Positions 52,559 to 63,000 of a stretch of 64,000 nt of DNA are shown here, piece by piece. Each line of letters starts with the position of its first letter. The stretch's first letter is position 1. The position numbers and the translations under genes are program-made. Source of the DNA: Crocinitomicaceae bacterium (GTDB lineage Bacteria; Bacteroidota; Bacteroidia; Flavobacteriales_D; Sanyastnellaceae); NCBI GenBank assembly GCA_002690915.1, contig NZGF01000079.1, forward strand, positions 29,802-93,801. The letters run 5' to 3'. Under the pieces are notes generated by a model that was not told the DNA's origin, did not search any database, and saw only the letters and a program-made list of their open reading frames with translations.

Positions 52559-53686
52559 TCAGGCTGCCTTTCTCAGCAAAATATTTAACCGAGCACTAAT
52601 GTCCATAAAGACCAATTTGCCATTCACGTTTCCCGCAATATCATGGTGAGCACGCTCCAAAACTTCTTGCAATTCTAAAACATTCCCGTGGTGGATGAAC
52701 GGGGCGAATTTTTGGGCGAATTGCCGCTCCGCCTCGGTCAAACGAACGAGGGATTGCGCTCCGTAATTGCCAACAATGCACTGACGAATCATATGCAATG
52801 CGTACCGCACGAATCGCTTCATACCCTCCCGTCCAGGCTTCGCAAAGTCATCCGAAAGTGCGACCGTGGTCACAGAATCATTGACGTAGCATGCCCGCAT
52901 CCAGGTGACGAACAGCCGGTAATCTTCGTCGGTGCCTTCCTCCCCGCGCATCCTGAGTGCGCCGGCAAGATTCCCGTCGGTCACATGAAGCAACCCGCGG
53001 GCTTCTTCTTCCCCCACGCCAAACCGGGTCTTCATTCCATCAACCGCTTCCTCCAACCCAAGGCGCGGCACTTGCACCATCTGAACTCGGGACCGGATTG
53101 TTGCGAGCAACTGGTTGGCTTGTTCACTCACAAAGAGCATCACCGTGCGGTCGGTTGGCTCCTCAATGAGCTTCAGCATCTTGTTGGCCGTATCCACACG
53201 CATCGCCTCCGGCAACCACAAAATAAGCACCTTCCACCCGCCAGCAAACGCCTTCAGTCCCAATTTACGATTGAGCTCCAACGCCTCCTGCACACTGATG
53301 AAGAGTTGCTTTCGATCGGCTCCAATTGTGGCGAGCCACTCCTCTTGACCGAAATAAGGCCCCTGCAAAATCCGTTCTCGCCACGCCGCTTGGAAGGGTT
53401 GAGAAAGTGCGTGATCAGAGCCGTCTTTTCTGAAGAACGGGAAAGACCAATGCAAATCCGGATGTTGTAGGGTATCGTATTGAATGCAAGACGAACAGTT
53501 CCCGCAGGCATCGGCAGCCGTTGGGGCGCTGCAATGCAAATAACGTGCGTAGGCCAATGCCAAAGCCAATGCACCACTGCCCTCTGGCCCATTGAACAGC
53601 TGAGCGTGAGCCACTCGACCTGACTGGGCAACAGCACGCAGTTTTTCTCCCAATTGATGGTGTCCGATGACTTGCTCGAATCGCAT
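52559..53686 (-). CDS. holB: DNA polymerase III subunit delta'
   Basis: Seen: VIGHHQL...GRVAHAQLFNGPEGSGALALALAYARYLHC, the zinc module C..C..C, LKLIEEP and TIRSRVQ. Confidence 0.88.
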   Translation of the reverse strand: MRFEQVIGHHQLGEKLRAVAQSGRVAHAQLFNGPEGSGALALALAYARYLHCSAPTAADACGNCSSCIQYDTLQHPDLHWSFPFFRKDGSDHALSQPFQAAWRERILQGPYFGQEEWLATIGADRKQLFISVQEALELNRKLGLKAFAGGWKVLILWLPEAMRVDTANKMLKLIEEPTDRTVMLFVSEQANQLLATIRSRVQMVQVPRLGLEEAVDGMKTRFGVGEEEARGLLHVTDGNLAGALRMRGEEGTDEDYRLFVTWMRACYVNDSVTTVALSDDFAKPGREGMKRFVRYALHMIRQCIVGNYGAQSLVRLTEAERQFAQKFAPFIHHGNVLELQEVLERAHHDIAGNVNGKLVFMDISARLNILLRKAA

Positions 53687-53701
53687 AAAACGAAAGTACG
53701 G

Positions 53702-56197
53702 TTAAAACGCGGCGTGCGCAGAAGCGTATACGCCCCGTCCCGCTGCGCTGATTCCACTGGCAAAAACACGGTAATGCATGTCCAGTATGTTCCTCACACC
53801 CAAACGGCACTCCACCTTATCGTGAAGCTTGGCGCTGAATTCAGCATTCAGCGTCCACCAGCTGGGTGCCCCGGTTTCTAGCATCAAATCGAAGTTATCA
53901 GTGGCGTAAGGACCAAATTTGGATGCAGCCTTGGCACCGCTGAAAAGTGCATACCATTCGAGTGTCCACCAGCGGCCTTCGATGTCCGAAGCCACACGAC
54001 CGAACAACGGAGGAATGTGGGACATCGGCAGCCGGTTCATGTCGCCCGTCGGACCGTTGGGAATAAACTGATCACCAACCGTCCAGTTCACAGCTGCTTC
54101 GATACCCCAAGTTTTGGTCAACTGAGCATTGACTTCACCGCGCAATCCAGCAATCAACGCGTGGCTGGCGTTTACTTGGGTCTGGACCCGGGCGCTGTCT
54201 CCATCGATGAAGAACATAGGATTGCCATTGAGCTCCGTAAGTTGGGGTACAATGGCATCGTTCAGGCGCGATGCGAAACCGCTAATTGTCACACTCAACA
54301 GCTGCTTCGCCTGCCAATCCCAGTGAATCGACTGTTCCACGCTGTACAAGTATTCGGGCCTCAACGCATCATTGGGCACCAAAACATATCCGCCTTTCTC
54401 CCGGACCTTGCCCATATCATCGACGTTCGGATGGCGGAATCCCGTCGAGATTCCGGTATTCAAAGACCACACTCGGGATCTACTAATCCAACGATCAGAC
54501 ACTCCACCGGTTAAGGCACTGTTCTGAATGCTCACCGCCGCAAACGGCAAGGTGTAATTCACGCCGGAATCAAAGGCTGCATTCAATTGGGATTGACTCC
54601 AGCGTAACCCTCCTGCGAAGCGGTGCTGTCGCCATCGCATTTGGGCATTGGCAAAGGAAGCCAAGGTGCGCATGCCGCTCCCATCGTTAGGGTAACGCGT
54701 ATCGGCGACTTCTACAGCATCCGTTTCGATGTTCAACAAGTTGGCCGTCGACTCCACTGCGTCCCAGCCGACATTGATGCCGGCGGTCACGTTCAGCCCA
54801 TTGAAGAAGCGTTTCGATGCAGTCGTGTAGCCGTTCCAGACACGAACGTTTTCCAACTGTGTTTCCTGCCAGTCGGATCCGAACCGTCTTTTGATACGGG
54901 ACTCCTCAATGGTTTGAACAGAAACCAGGGTGTTCCATGCTATGTCCCATCGGTCGATTGACGAACCATAACGAAGTGAGGCCATTGACCGACGCTGTGG
55001 GCCGTAGTTCCACGTGGCCCATTTGGGGGTGTCTCCGCTCTTTTCAAAGGAGACGTCATAACGGGGAATGTCGCTGCTAGTGCTCCACTGCAAATTCAAA
55101 TCCCAAACGCCGCGGTAAGTCTGATAGCGCAGTTTTTGGAGGACATCGGTCTGGTCATAGCCCGAGCCCCTCTGCACGTTGGCGTCCTCATTGGCACGCA
55201 CGTAGTCGGTGCCGTTTTCGCGCACCACATATACCGAATCCAGTCCCCACGAGGTGTGACCGTGCCGTCGCCACTTTCCCATTCTCAAGTCACCATACCG
55301 CGCATGCGAAAAGGAAGTCAATATCGCCCAGTTTCGACCCGAATATTCTACATCACCATGGACCATTGTACTCTGATTCGGCGAACGAAACGCGGTTGAA
55401 ATCTGTGCTTTCAATCCCCGGTTGCCCAAGCGAGGCGTCCGCGTATGATAATGAATCACTCCCCCCATGGCATCGCTGCCGAACAGAATGCTGTTTGGCC
55501 CGAGTAAAATGTCTGTTCGCTCCAAAATATTCGGATCGACGGTAATAGCATTCTGCAAATGGCCGCTTCTGTAAATAGCGTTGTTCATGCGCACGCCATC
55601 GACGACGAGCAAAACTCGATTGGCCTCGAAGCCTCTCAAGATTGGCGATCCGCCGCCTTGCTGGCTTTGTTGGACGAGAACCGAGCCTGTGGACCACAGC
55701 AACTCTGCAGCGGTCTGCGGCACTTCCAATTGAACGACGGGTTTGGGCATCTGTGTGGATGCCATGTCGATGCTGGAAAGCGCGACCGTCTCAGCACTGG
55801 CCACACCTTGTATAACCACTTCAGCCTGCTCCAAGCTTATCATGTCTTCCACCATGCGCACCTGCTCCGGGACGGCCTGTCCCGGGTAAATCACCATGTC
55901 CATGAACCCTACCGATCTCAGCACCAAGGTGTCCGAGTAAACGTTGCGTTGGATGGTCCCGTTGCCCGCCTCATCGGTCATCACTTGAACGCCGGTATTC
56001 TTGTTCACAATGACCGCATACGGCACAGGCGCAGCGCCATTTGAGGAAACCGCTTGGATTTTCTCTGACTTCGCAACTTCCTTCTCTACAGAGCTTACCT
56101 GAGCATGAAGAAACCCCGATAGGAGCAAACAGACCGTCAAGGAAAGGTTCTTTACCGTCCAAAAGAATCGCTTTTTTGCTCTGCTCCGCTGCTCCAT
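53702..56197 (-). CDS. TonB-dependent outer-membrane receptor
   Basis: It has a signal peptide from ATG 56197 and a plug domain (SPILRGFEANRVLLVVDGVRMNNAIYRSGH). FRSPN and FRHPNVDD boxes are present. The barrel ends ...SAHAAF. Confidence 0.85.
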   Translation of the reverse strand: MEQRSRAKKRFFWTVKNLSLTVCLLLSGFLHAQVSSVEKEVAKSEKIQAVSSNGAAPVPYAVIVNKNTGVQVMTDEAGNGTIQRNVYSDTLVLRSVGFMDMVIYPGQAVPEQVRMVEDMISLEQAEVVIQGVASAETVALSSIDMASTQMPKPVVQLEVPQTAAELLWSTGSVLVQQSQQGGGSPILRGFEANRVLLVVDGVRMNNAIYRSGHLQNAITVDPNILERTDILLGPNSILFGSDAMGGVIHYHTRTPRLGNRGLKAQISTAFRSPNQSTMVHGDVEYSGRNWAILTSFSHARYGDLRMGKWRRHGHTSWGLDSVYVVRENGTDYVRANEDANVQRGSGYDQTDVLQKLRYQTYRGVWDLNLQWSTSSDIPRYDVSFEKSGDTPKWATWNYGPQRRSMASLRYGSSIDRWDIAWNTLVSVQTIEESRIKRRFGSDWQETQLENVRVWNGYTTASKRFFNGLNVTAGINVGWDAVESTANLLNIETDAVEVADTRYPNDGSGMRTLASFANAQMRWRQHRFAGGLRWSQSQLNAAFDSGVNYTLPFAAVSIQNSALTGGVSDRWISRSRVWSLNTGISTGFRHPNVDDMGKVREKGGYVLVPNDALRPEYLYSVEQSIHWDWQAKQLLSVTISGFASRLNDAIVPQLTELNGNPMFFIDGDSARVQTQVNASHALIAGLRGEVNAQLTKTWGIEAAVNWTVGDQFIPNGPTGDMNRLPMSHIPPLFGRVASDIEGRWWTLEWYALFSGAKAASKFGPYATDNFDLMLETGAPSWWTLNAEFSAKLHDKVECRLGVRNILDMHYRVFASGISAAGRGVYASAHAAF

Positions 56198-56244
56198 GGT
56201 TCCCATACAACACAAATATTGCGCCAAAATCATCCCCTCCCACA

Positions 56245-56967
56245 CTACTCAAATACCTGCTCGAGCACCTCATAACTCTTGATTTCCCGAAGTCCCCCGA
56301 GCTGATGACCTAGGTACCGGAGCTGGCCCTTAATCAATTCTTTACGTTCCGAAAAAGTAGCGGTGAACTGTCGGTTATCACCCGTGAGGGACATGAACCA
56401 ATGGGACAAGGGAGGCGGCAAATGGTCCTCAGCTGTGCCCATCGCGTGTTTCCATTCCCCCGATTGCAAGTCCAATACATCCGCACCAGTCATGGTCGAA
56501 TTTGCCGGTGTTAAGCCCATCATGGCAATTAATTGCCCCATAAACTCTGCGTGAATCCAACCAACCTGATCCTCGTCTTCCACCCGTGTGAGTGCCTCAT
56601 GAAACAAGGTATAAACCTCTGGATGGGCGATTTCTTCCGGGAATAGTTTAGCAACGAGCTCGCACAAAAAAAACGCCACCGCACTGCGGCGCACGTCTTG
56701 AAACAAGGCGATGGGAATGTGGGTTCGCCGGGCTTCTTTGAACCGCACGAGTCCTTCCGATCCTTTCCGGCTGACGCCCCGCAGCTCCAGCATTGCACCA
56801 GGATGCCACTTTCCAACTTGCCGATTCTTGCCACGGCCTTCCGTCACCCACAAAGCCACCATACCCAGCGTCTCCCCTAGCACACGAACCACACGTCGAC
56901 CGTCGTTGTAAGGAAGAACGGACAACACAATGCACGGCTCACAATCGAGGGAAATGGATTCAGCCAT
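56245..56967 (-). CDS. recO: DNA repair protein RecO
   Basis: 240 aa with an N-terminal OB-fold-like segment (CIVLSVLPYNDGRRVVRVL) and a helical C-terminal half. Size and context fit, but the motif evidence is weaker than for the other genes. Confidence 0.7.
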   Translation of the reverse strand: MAESISLDCEPCIVLSVLPYNDGRRVVRVLGETLGMVALWVTEGRGKNRQVGKWHPGAMLELRGVSRKGSEGLVRFKEARRTHIPIALFQDVRRSAVAFFLCELVAKLFPEEIAHPEVYTLFHEALTRVEDEDQVGWIHAEFMGQLIAMMGLTPANSTMTGADVLDLQSGEWKHAMGTAEDHLPPPLSHWFMSLTGDNRQFTATFSERKELIKGQLRYLGHQLGGLREIKSYEVLEQVFE

Positions 56968-57060
56968 CAGGGAATCTTCAATTAAACGAATTTACAATCG
57001 GTGCGCGCAGGCCCAACAAAAGAACGCGAATTGAGGTTACTTTAGCAGAGCGTTTAAAAC

Positions 57061-58992
57061 ATGAGTCAAGATCATAAAACCGAAGCGGCACCGCCACTGA
57101 ATAGCGTTGACTGGTTCAACTATCGACGCCGTACTTCCCACCAAATCCGAATTGGAAACTTGACTCTCGGTGGGGATGCACCATTGCGCATTCAATCCAT
57201 GACCACCGCCAACACGATGGACATCGAAAAAACTGTGGCGGAGAGTGAGCGCATGATCAACGCAGGATGTGAACTGGTCCGGATTACGGCACCTTCAAAA
57301 AAAGAAGCGGAAGCTTTGAAAATAATTGCGGAGTCTTTGCACGAAAAAGGACACGAGGTACCGCTTGTTGCTGACATCCATTTCACACCCAATGCCGCGG
57401 AAATCGCTGCGGATCATGTTGAAAAAATCCGAGTCAATCCCGGTAATTACGCTGACAAGAAAAGGTTCGAAGACATCGAATACACAGATGCATCATATGC
57501 AGAAGAGCTCGAACGCATTCGGGAGCGATTTACACCTCTGGTGCTGAAATGCAAGGCGCTCGGTCGGGCCATGCGCATTGGAACGAACCATGGTTCCTTG
57601 TCAGACCGCATCATGAGCCGCTACGGCGACACCCCAAAAGGCATGGTGGAAAGTGCCATGGAATTCTTGCGTATTTGCCGCGACAACGACTACCACAGCT
57701 TGGTCATCAGCATGAAGGCCTCCAACCCGCAGGTCATGGTACAAGCGTACCGTTTGCTCGTGTCCAGCATGGATGCAGAGGGCATGAACTATCCGCTCCA
57801 TCTTGGAGTGACAGAAGCAGGTGATGGAGAGGACGGACGCATCAAGAGTGCCATTGGCATCGGGGGATTACTGGAGGACGGACTGGGCGACACCATCCGT
57901 GTTTCACTGACCGAAGCGCCAGAAGCCGAATTGCCGGTCGCTCGCATGCTAGTAGAACGCTATTCTAACCGCTCCCCGGCCAATCAATCTGCTGTTCCAC
58001 TGTCGTTTAACCCCTACAGTTATTCCCGGCGTTCCAGTCGTGAAGCGGGAGGAGCGGGAGGCAAGCAAGTGCCGCGTGTGGTGCACGACTTGAGCAACGG
58101 TCCCATCACCGAAGCCAAGCTATTCGGTTGCGGTTATCGATACTCTGTGCCGCTGGATAAGTGGAACCTCGATGATTTTGCATGCGACTTCATTTATGCC
58201 GGTTCGGAGGCCGTTGACTTTGAATTGCCCGGAACTTTGGCCGTTTTACAGAACGCCGAACACTGGCAGGACCGAACACGCCACTACCCAGTGTGGCCAG
58301 CTGACGAATGGTCCGCAGACCATCCTGCCAAATGGCATTTCGTTCGAACACAATCGAAAGACCTTACGGATTCATTTATTGCGCGCGTTCAAAACAACAA
58401 CAGAACTGTTCTGGTATTGGAAGCCATCTCGGAACATGCAATGTCTGAGTTGCGCACCGCTTGCATGGTACTCGATGCTGCAGGTTGTGACGTGCCCGTC
58501 ATCCTGCGAAGGACTTACGATGATTTGGATGCCGAACGTTTCCAGCTGTACGCAGCAACTGACGCGGGCGCGCCGCTGCTCGATGGATTTGGAGACGGCA
58601 TTTGGATAGAGGGCCGTGGGCTGCCCTTGAAGCTTCGTAATTCGACAGCATTCGGTATTTTGCAAGCCACCCGAACACGAATTTCAAAAACCGAGTACAT
58701 CAGCTGCCCCAGCTGCGGTCGCACGTTGTTCGATTTGCAAGAAACCACGTCGAAAATTCGAGAGGTCACTTCGCACCTCAAAGGCATTAAAATTGGCATC
58801 ATGGGGTGCATTGTCAATGGTCCGGGGGAGATGGCCGATGCCGACTACGGATATGTAGGCACAGGCCCCGGAAAAATCACCCTATACAAGGAAAAAGAAG
58901 TAGTGGAAAAGAACGTCCCCGAGGAACGCGCTGTTGATGCGCTCATCGAGTTGATTCGCAGCCACGGCGACTGGGTAGAGCCGGTGACATAA
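57061..58992 (+). CDS. ispG: 4-hydroxy-3-methylbut-2-en-1-yl diphosphate synthase, long form with inserted domain
   Basis: Seen: QSMTTA, RITAPS, ADIHF, VNPGN and the C-terminal 4Fe-4S ligands SCPSCGRT...GCIVNGPGE. A ~270-aa insert is present, as in the Bacteroidota, Chlamydia and plant type. Confidence 0.93.
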   Translation: MSQDHKTEAAPPLNSVDWFNYRRRTSHQIRIGNLTLGGDAPLRIQSMTTANTMDIEKTVAESERMINAGCELVRITAPSKKEAEALKIIAESLHEKGHEVPLVADIHFTPNAAEIAADHVEKIRVNPGNYADKKRFEDIEYTDASYAEELERIRERFTPLVLKCKALGRAMRIGTNHGSLSDRIMSRYGDTPKGMVESAMEFLRICRDNDYHSLVISMKASNPQVMVQAYRLLVSSMDAEGMNYPLHLGVTEAGDGEDGRIKSAIGIGGLLEDGLGDTIRVSLTEAPEAELPVARMLVERYSNRSPANQSAVPLSFNPYSYSRRSSREAGGAGGKQVPRVVHDLSNGPITEAKLFGCGYRYSVPLDKWNLDDFACDFIYAGSEAVDFELPGTLAVLQNAEHWQDRTRHYPVWPADEWSADHPAKWHFVRTQSKDLTDSFIARVQNNNRTVLVLEAISEHAMSELRTACMVLDAAGCDVPVILRRTYDDLDAERFQLYAATDAGAPLLDGFGDGIWIEGRGLPLKLRNSTAFGILQATRTRISKTEYISCPSCGRTLFDLQETTSKIREVTSHLKGIKIGIMGCIVNGPGEMADADYGYVGTGPGKITLYKEKEVVEKNVPEERAVDALIELIRSHGDWVEPVT

Positions 58993-58999
58993 AATTGAT

Positions 59000-59614
59000 T
59001 CAGGCCTTTGCTTCTTCAGAGAAAAAAGACCGTTGTCCAATCAGGATTGCAATGACGCCGCAGGAGATAGCGGCATCCGCGAAGTTCCAAATGGGCGGAA
59101 ATACTTCCCTGTTGGCTAAAGAGTCAATGGGGAATGACGAAGGCCAGCGTACCGTAAAGTGGAACATGTCGACCACGTAGCCCATCATAAAAGGAGCATA
59201 GCCTTCTCCTGCCCATTCGGCAAGAATACCCCAATGACTCGCGGTGAACAACTGGCCGTAAAACGCGCTATCAAGGATGTTACCTATGGCTCCCGCCCAA
59301 ATGAATGCTAAGCAGGCTAAAAACCCCCTATGTGCACCAGAATCGATGAGATTCTTGATGTAGAATCCAATACCTACCGCCGCCAGCAAGCGAAAACCGG
59401 TCAATACCAGTTTCCCGGCGACACCTGGCAATGCCCAGCCGAAAGCCATGCCCTCGTTTTCAATAAACTGTAATTCCAACAATCCTGGGATGAACGACAT
59501 TCGTTCCCCCAAGGAAAAATTCAACTTCACCCATACTTTCAGGCATTGATCTGCGACCAACACAGGGACCACAACGGCCAAAACCCAACCCAAGAGTGTC
59601 CGCGGCGTGCTCAA
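59000..59614 (-). CDS. lspA: Lipoprotein signal peptidase (signal peptidase II)
   Basis: Seen: DQCLKVWV, FENEGMAFG, VVDMF and NFADAAISCG. I chose TTG 59614 because the tracked start 59713 overlaps the dksA/TraR-like gene by 91 nt. Confidence 0.85.
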   Translation of the reverse strand: MSTPRTLLGWVLAVVVPVLVADQCLKVWVKLNFSLGERMSFIPGLLELQFIENEGMAFGWALPGVAGKLVLTGFRLLAAVGIGFYIKNLIDSGAHRGFLACLAFIWAGAIGNILDSAFYGQLFTASHWGILAEWAGEGYAPFMMGYVVDMFHFTVRWPSSFPIDSLANREVFPPIWNFADAAISCGVIAILIGQRSFFSEEAKA

Positions 59615-59622
59615 GGAGGTTC

Positions 59623-59994
59623 TTACTGCTTGTTCTTCGCTTCGATGGACATCGTCGCGTGTGGAACCAAGCGAAGACGTTCTTTGGGAATCAGCTTGCC
59701 CGTCACACGGCAAATGCCGTAGGTCTTGTTCTTGATACGCAGCAGGGCGTTTTCTAAGTTCACAATGAACTTCTGCTGACGCGCCGCTAATTGAGCGGTT
59801 TCTTCACGGCTCATCGTCTCCGAACCATCTTCCATCATTTTGAATGTTGGAGCGGTATCGTCTGTGGTGTTGTCGTCGCTGTGCGACAAAGCGCGCTGGA
59901 GTTCATCGTAATTATCGCGGGCCACGACCAGCTTCTCTTCAATCAATGATTGAAACTCCTGCAAGTCGTTATCCGAATAGCGTGTTTCTGCCAT
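59623..59994 (-). CDS. DksA/TraR-family C4-type zinc-finger protein
   Basis: The body is coiled-coil and the C-terminus reads YGICRVTGKLIPKERL. The position between ileS and lspA is typical of Bacteroidota. Confidence 0.8.
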   Translation of the reverse strand: MAETRYSDNDLQEFQSLIEEKLVVARDNYDELQRALSHSDDNTTDDTAPTFKMMEDGSETMSREETAQLAARQQKFIVNLENALLRIKNKTYGICRVTGKLIPKERLRLVPHATMSIEAKNKQ

Positions 59995-60006
59995 AACGGT
60001 TATGTT

Positions 60007-63000
60007 TTAATCCTGTTTTGTCACTGCCAAGGCCACGTTGATGCCTTCGCTCAATTCAATCCTATCGGCTCCGGGAATGATCTCCCACAAAACCTCATTC
60101 GCCAACGTCTCGTCAGCAATATAAACCAAATTATCCTTCATCACAGCTTCCAGCTCAGGCGCCGCGTCCACAGTCAAAGCGATGCGATCGGTGACCTCGA
60201 GTCCAGCTTCTTTTCGCATATGTTGAACGCGGTTTACCAATTCCCTCGCAAGTCCTTCTCCCTTCAGGGTATCGTCCAAGCTAATATCCAGTGCAACGGT
60301 CACTCCACCGATGCTTGAAACCAACCAACCTGGGATGTCGTCGGTCATAATGGCAACTTCCGATGCTTCCACCATTGCTTCACCCAGTCCGTCGGCCGGA
60401 TCCACGGCCACACGTCCTTCCCGCTCCAGGACCACTATCCCTTCGGCATCGAGTGCGTTTACTGCGGCTGCTACGGCCTTCATGCGCTTACCGAATTTGG
60501 GACCGAGGGCCTTGAAGTCAGGTTTGACGCGCTTAACTATAGAAACATCTGGGTTCTCTCCGTCCCGAATCACCTCAATGGCCTTGACATTTACTTCACC
60601 TTTAATGAGAGACGCCATGGTCTCAATGCGGCTGGCCATCTGTTCATTCAATACCGGCACCAAAACACGGCGCAACGGTTGACGCACACGCAGCCGCTCC
60701 CGCTTACGCAAGGACAGCACCTGGGAACTAATCTGCTGCGCCAGGGCCATGCGCGCTTCCAATTCAGAATCAATGCACGCAGCATCCGCTTCGGGAAATG
60801 AGGCTAAGTGAACAGATTCATCTGAACCGGTCAAATCACGATACAACCGGTCAGCGTAAAACGGCGCGATGGGCGAAATCATCACCGACAACGATCGCAA
60901 GCAGGCGTGCAACGTCTGGTAGGCATTTCGCTTGTCGTCGCTCATTTCACCTTTCCAAAACCGGCGACGAGATTGGCGAACGTGCCAGTTCGAGAGGTCG
61001 TCGATGGCGAACGACTGAATCGCTCGGGCCACCTTGGTGGGTTCAAGTGCTTCGTACGCCTCTGTAACCTCTTGAATCAAAGAATTCAATCGGGACAGTA
61101 CCCACCGATCAATTTCCGGATATTCGGCAATCTTAATCACTTCCCCGCCTCCGGTATACCCGTCAATGTTCGCATACAGTGCGAGGAAATTGTAGGTATT
61201 GTGCAACGTCCCAAAGAATTTGCGCTGAACTTCAGTGATACCCGCCGCATCGAATTTGAGGTTGTCCCACGGCTGGGCGTTTGAAATCATGTACCAGCGG
61301 GTCGCGTCGGGGCCATATTCACCCAAAGTCTCAAACGGATCGACGGCGTTTCCTAAACGCTTGGACATTTTCTGTCCATTCTTATCGAGCACGAGGCCAT
61401 TGCTTATCACGTTCTTGTACGCCACCGAATCGAACACCATGGTCGCAATCGCATGCAACGTGTAGAACCAACCGCGGGTTTGGTCTACTCCTTCTGCGAT
61501 GAAATCCGCAGGGTAAGCTTGGCCATTGTCGATTTTCTCCTTGTTCTCAAACGGGTAATGCCATTGCGCATAAGGCATTGATCCGCTATCAAACCAGACG
61601 TCAATCAAGTCAGCTTCTCGTCTCATGGGGCGGCCGTCGGCGGCCTTTAAGGTAATGCGATCGACAACGTGCTTGTGCAAGTCAAACTGTTCGTAATTGG
61701 CCTTGGACATATCGCCGGGAACAAAGCTTTCCAAAGGGTTTGCATCCATAAGACCCGCTTCCACCGCTTCGGCGCAGGCTGTCTTCAATTCTTCTACGGA
61801 ACCGATGCACCGACGCTCGGTGCCGTCTTCGGTCGACCATATAGGAATGGGAATGCCCCAAAACCGCGAGCGGCTGAGGTTCCAATCGTTCAGGTTTTCC
61901 AGCCACTTCCCGAATCGCCCAGACCCAGTGCTCGCAGGCTTCCAGCGAATGGTCCTGTTCAGCGCTTGCATGCGTTCCTTTGCGGCTGTTGCTCGCACAA
62001 ACCAACTATCCAGCGGATAGTAGAGGACTGGTTTGTCCGTTCGCCAGCAATGGGGATAATTGTGCTCGTATTTCTCTACTAGAAAGGCGAGCCCTTTGCC
62101 CTTAAGGTCGATGGCAATTTCCACGTCCACCGAACGTTCTGGGGCTTCTCCCTCATCGTAATATTCCTCCTTGACATACCGGCCAGCGAGTGGTCCCACG
62201 CCGTCGCGGATGCGGCCCTGAAGATCAACCAAGGGGACCCCTTGCCCTGTGCCGTCGTCGATTAACATTGGGGGAACACCAGCAGCAGATGCGACGCGCG
62301 CATCATCCGCCCCGAAGGTCGGTGCCGTATGAACGATGCCGGTACCGTCTTCTGTGGTCACAAAATCGCCAGGAATAACCCGGAAGGCTTCACTGACTCC
62401 ATCCATGGGCTCGGCCCAATCCAAAAGCTGCTCGTATCGTGCGCCGCACAATTCAGCTCCGCTGATCCGGGCAATCACTTCGTATTCAGGCGCTTTTTTT
62501 CCGCCAAAATGCTTGCCCAACAGGTCCTCCGCCAAGACCACGAGACTGTGCTCATCCGTGTACCGATTCTTGGTTGCGACCAAGACGTAGGTGATGTCCG
62601 GTCCAACCGTCAGGGCCGTATTTGAAGGAAGCGTCCAAGGCGTGGTCGTCCACGCTAAAAAATACACGGGCAAGTTACCGTAAGCTTCTGCATGCTCCGG
62701 ACCCACATGCTCAAGTATGCGGGCACCGCACTCAGGCAAAGCCCTGAATTGGGCAACGACCGTCGTATCCTTGACGTCTCGATACGCGCCCGGCTGGTTC
62801 AATTCATGTGAACTCAACCCCGTTCCCGCTGCAGGACTGTATGGCTGAATGGTATACCCCTTGTAAAGCAAGTCCTTGTTGTCAAGCTGCTTGAGCAACC
62901 ACCAAACGCTCTCGATATACTTGTTCTCGTAGGTCACGTAAGGCGCATCCATATCGACCCAATATCCCATTTTACGGGTGAGTTCATTCCAGATGTCTGT

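Noticed and set aside
52688-53470. A 260-aa ORF on the plus strand.
   Set aside because: It is antisense to holB. It is Arg, His, Leu and Pro rich and has no motifs.
56198-56244. A possible cobalamin, haem or other riboswitch or leader upstream of the TonB-dependent receptor.
   Set aside because: Only 47 nt are available between the recO stop and the receptor start. That is far too short for any known riboswitch, and no conserved box is visible.
57001-57060. A promoter for ispG in the recO/ispG divergent spacer.
   Set aside because: A TTG is present at 57031, but no TAnnTTTG box follows at a suitable distance. The nearest candidates (TTTAGCAG, GTTTAAAA) have two or more mismatches.
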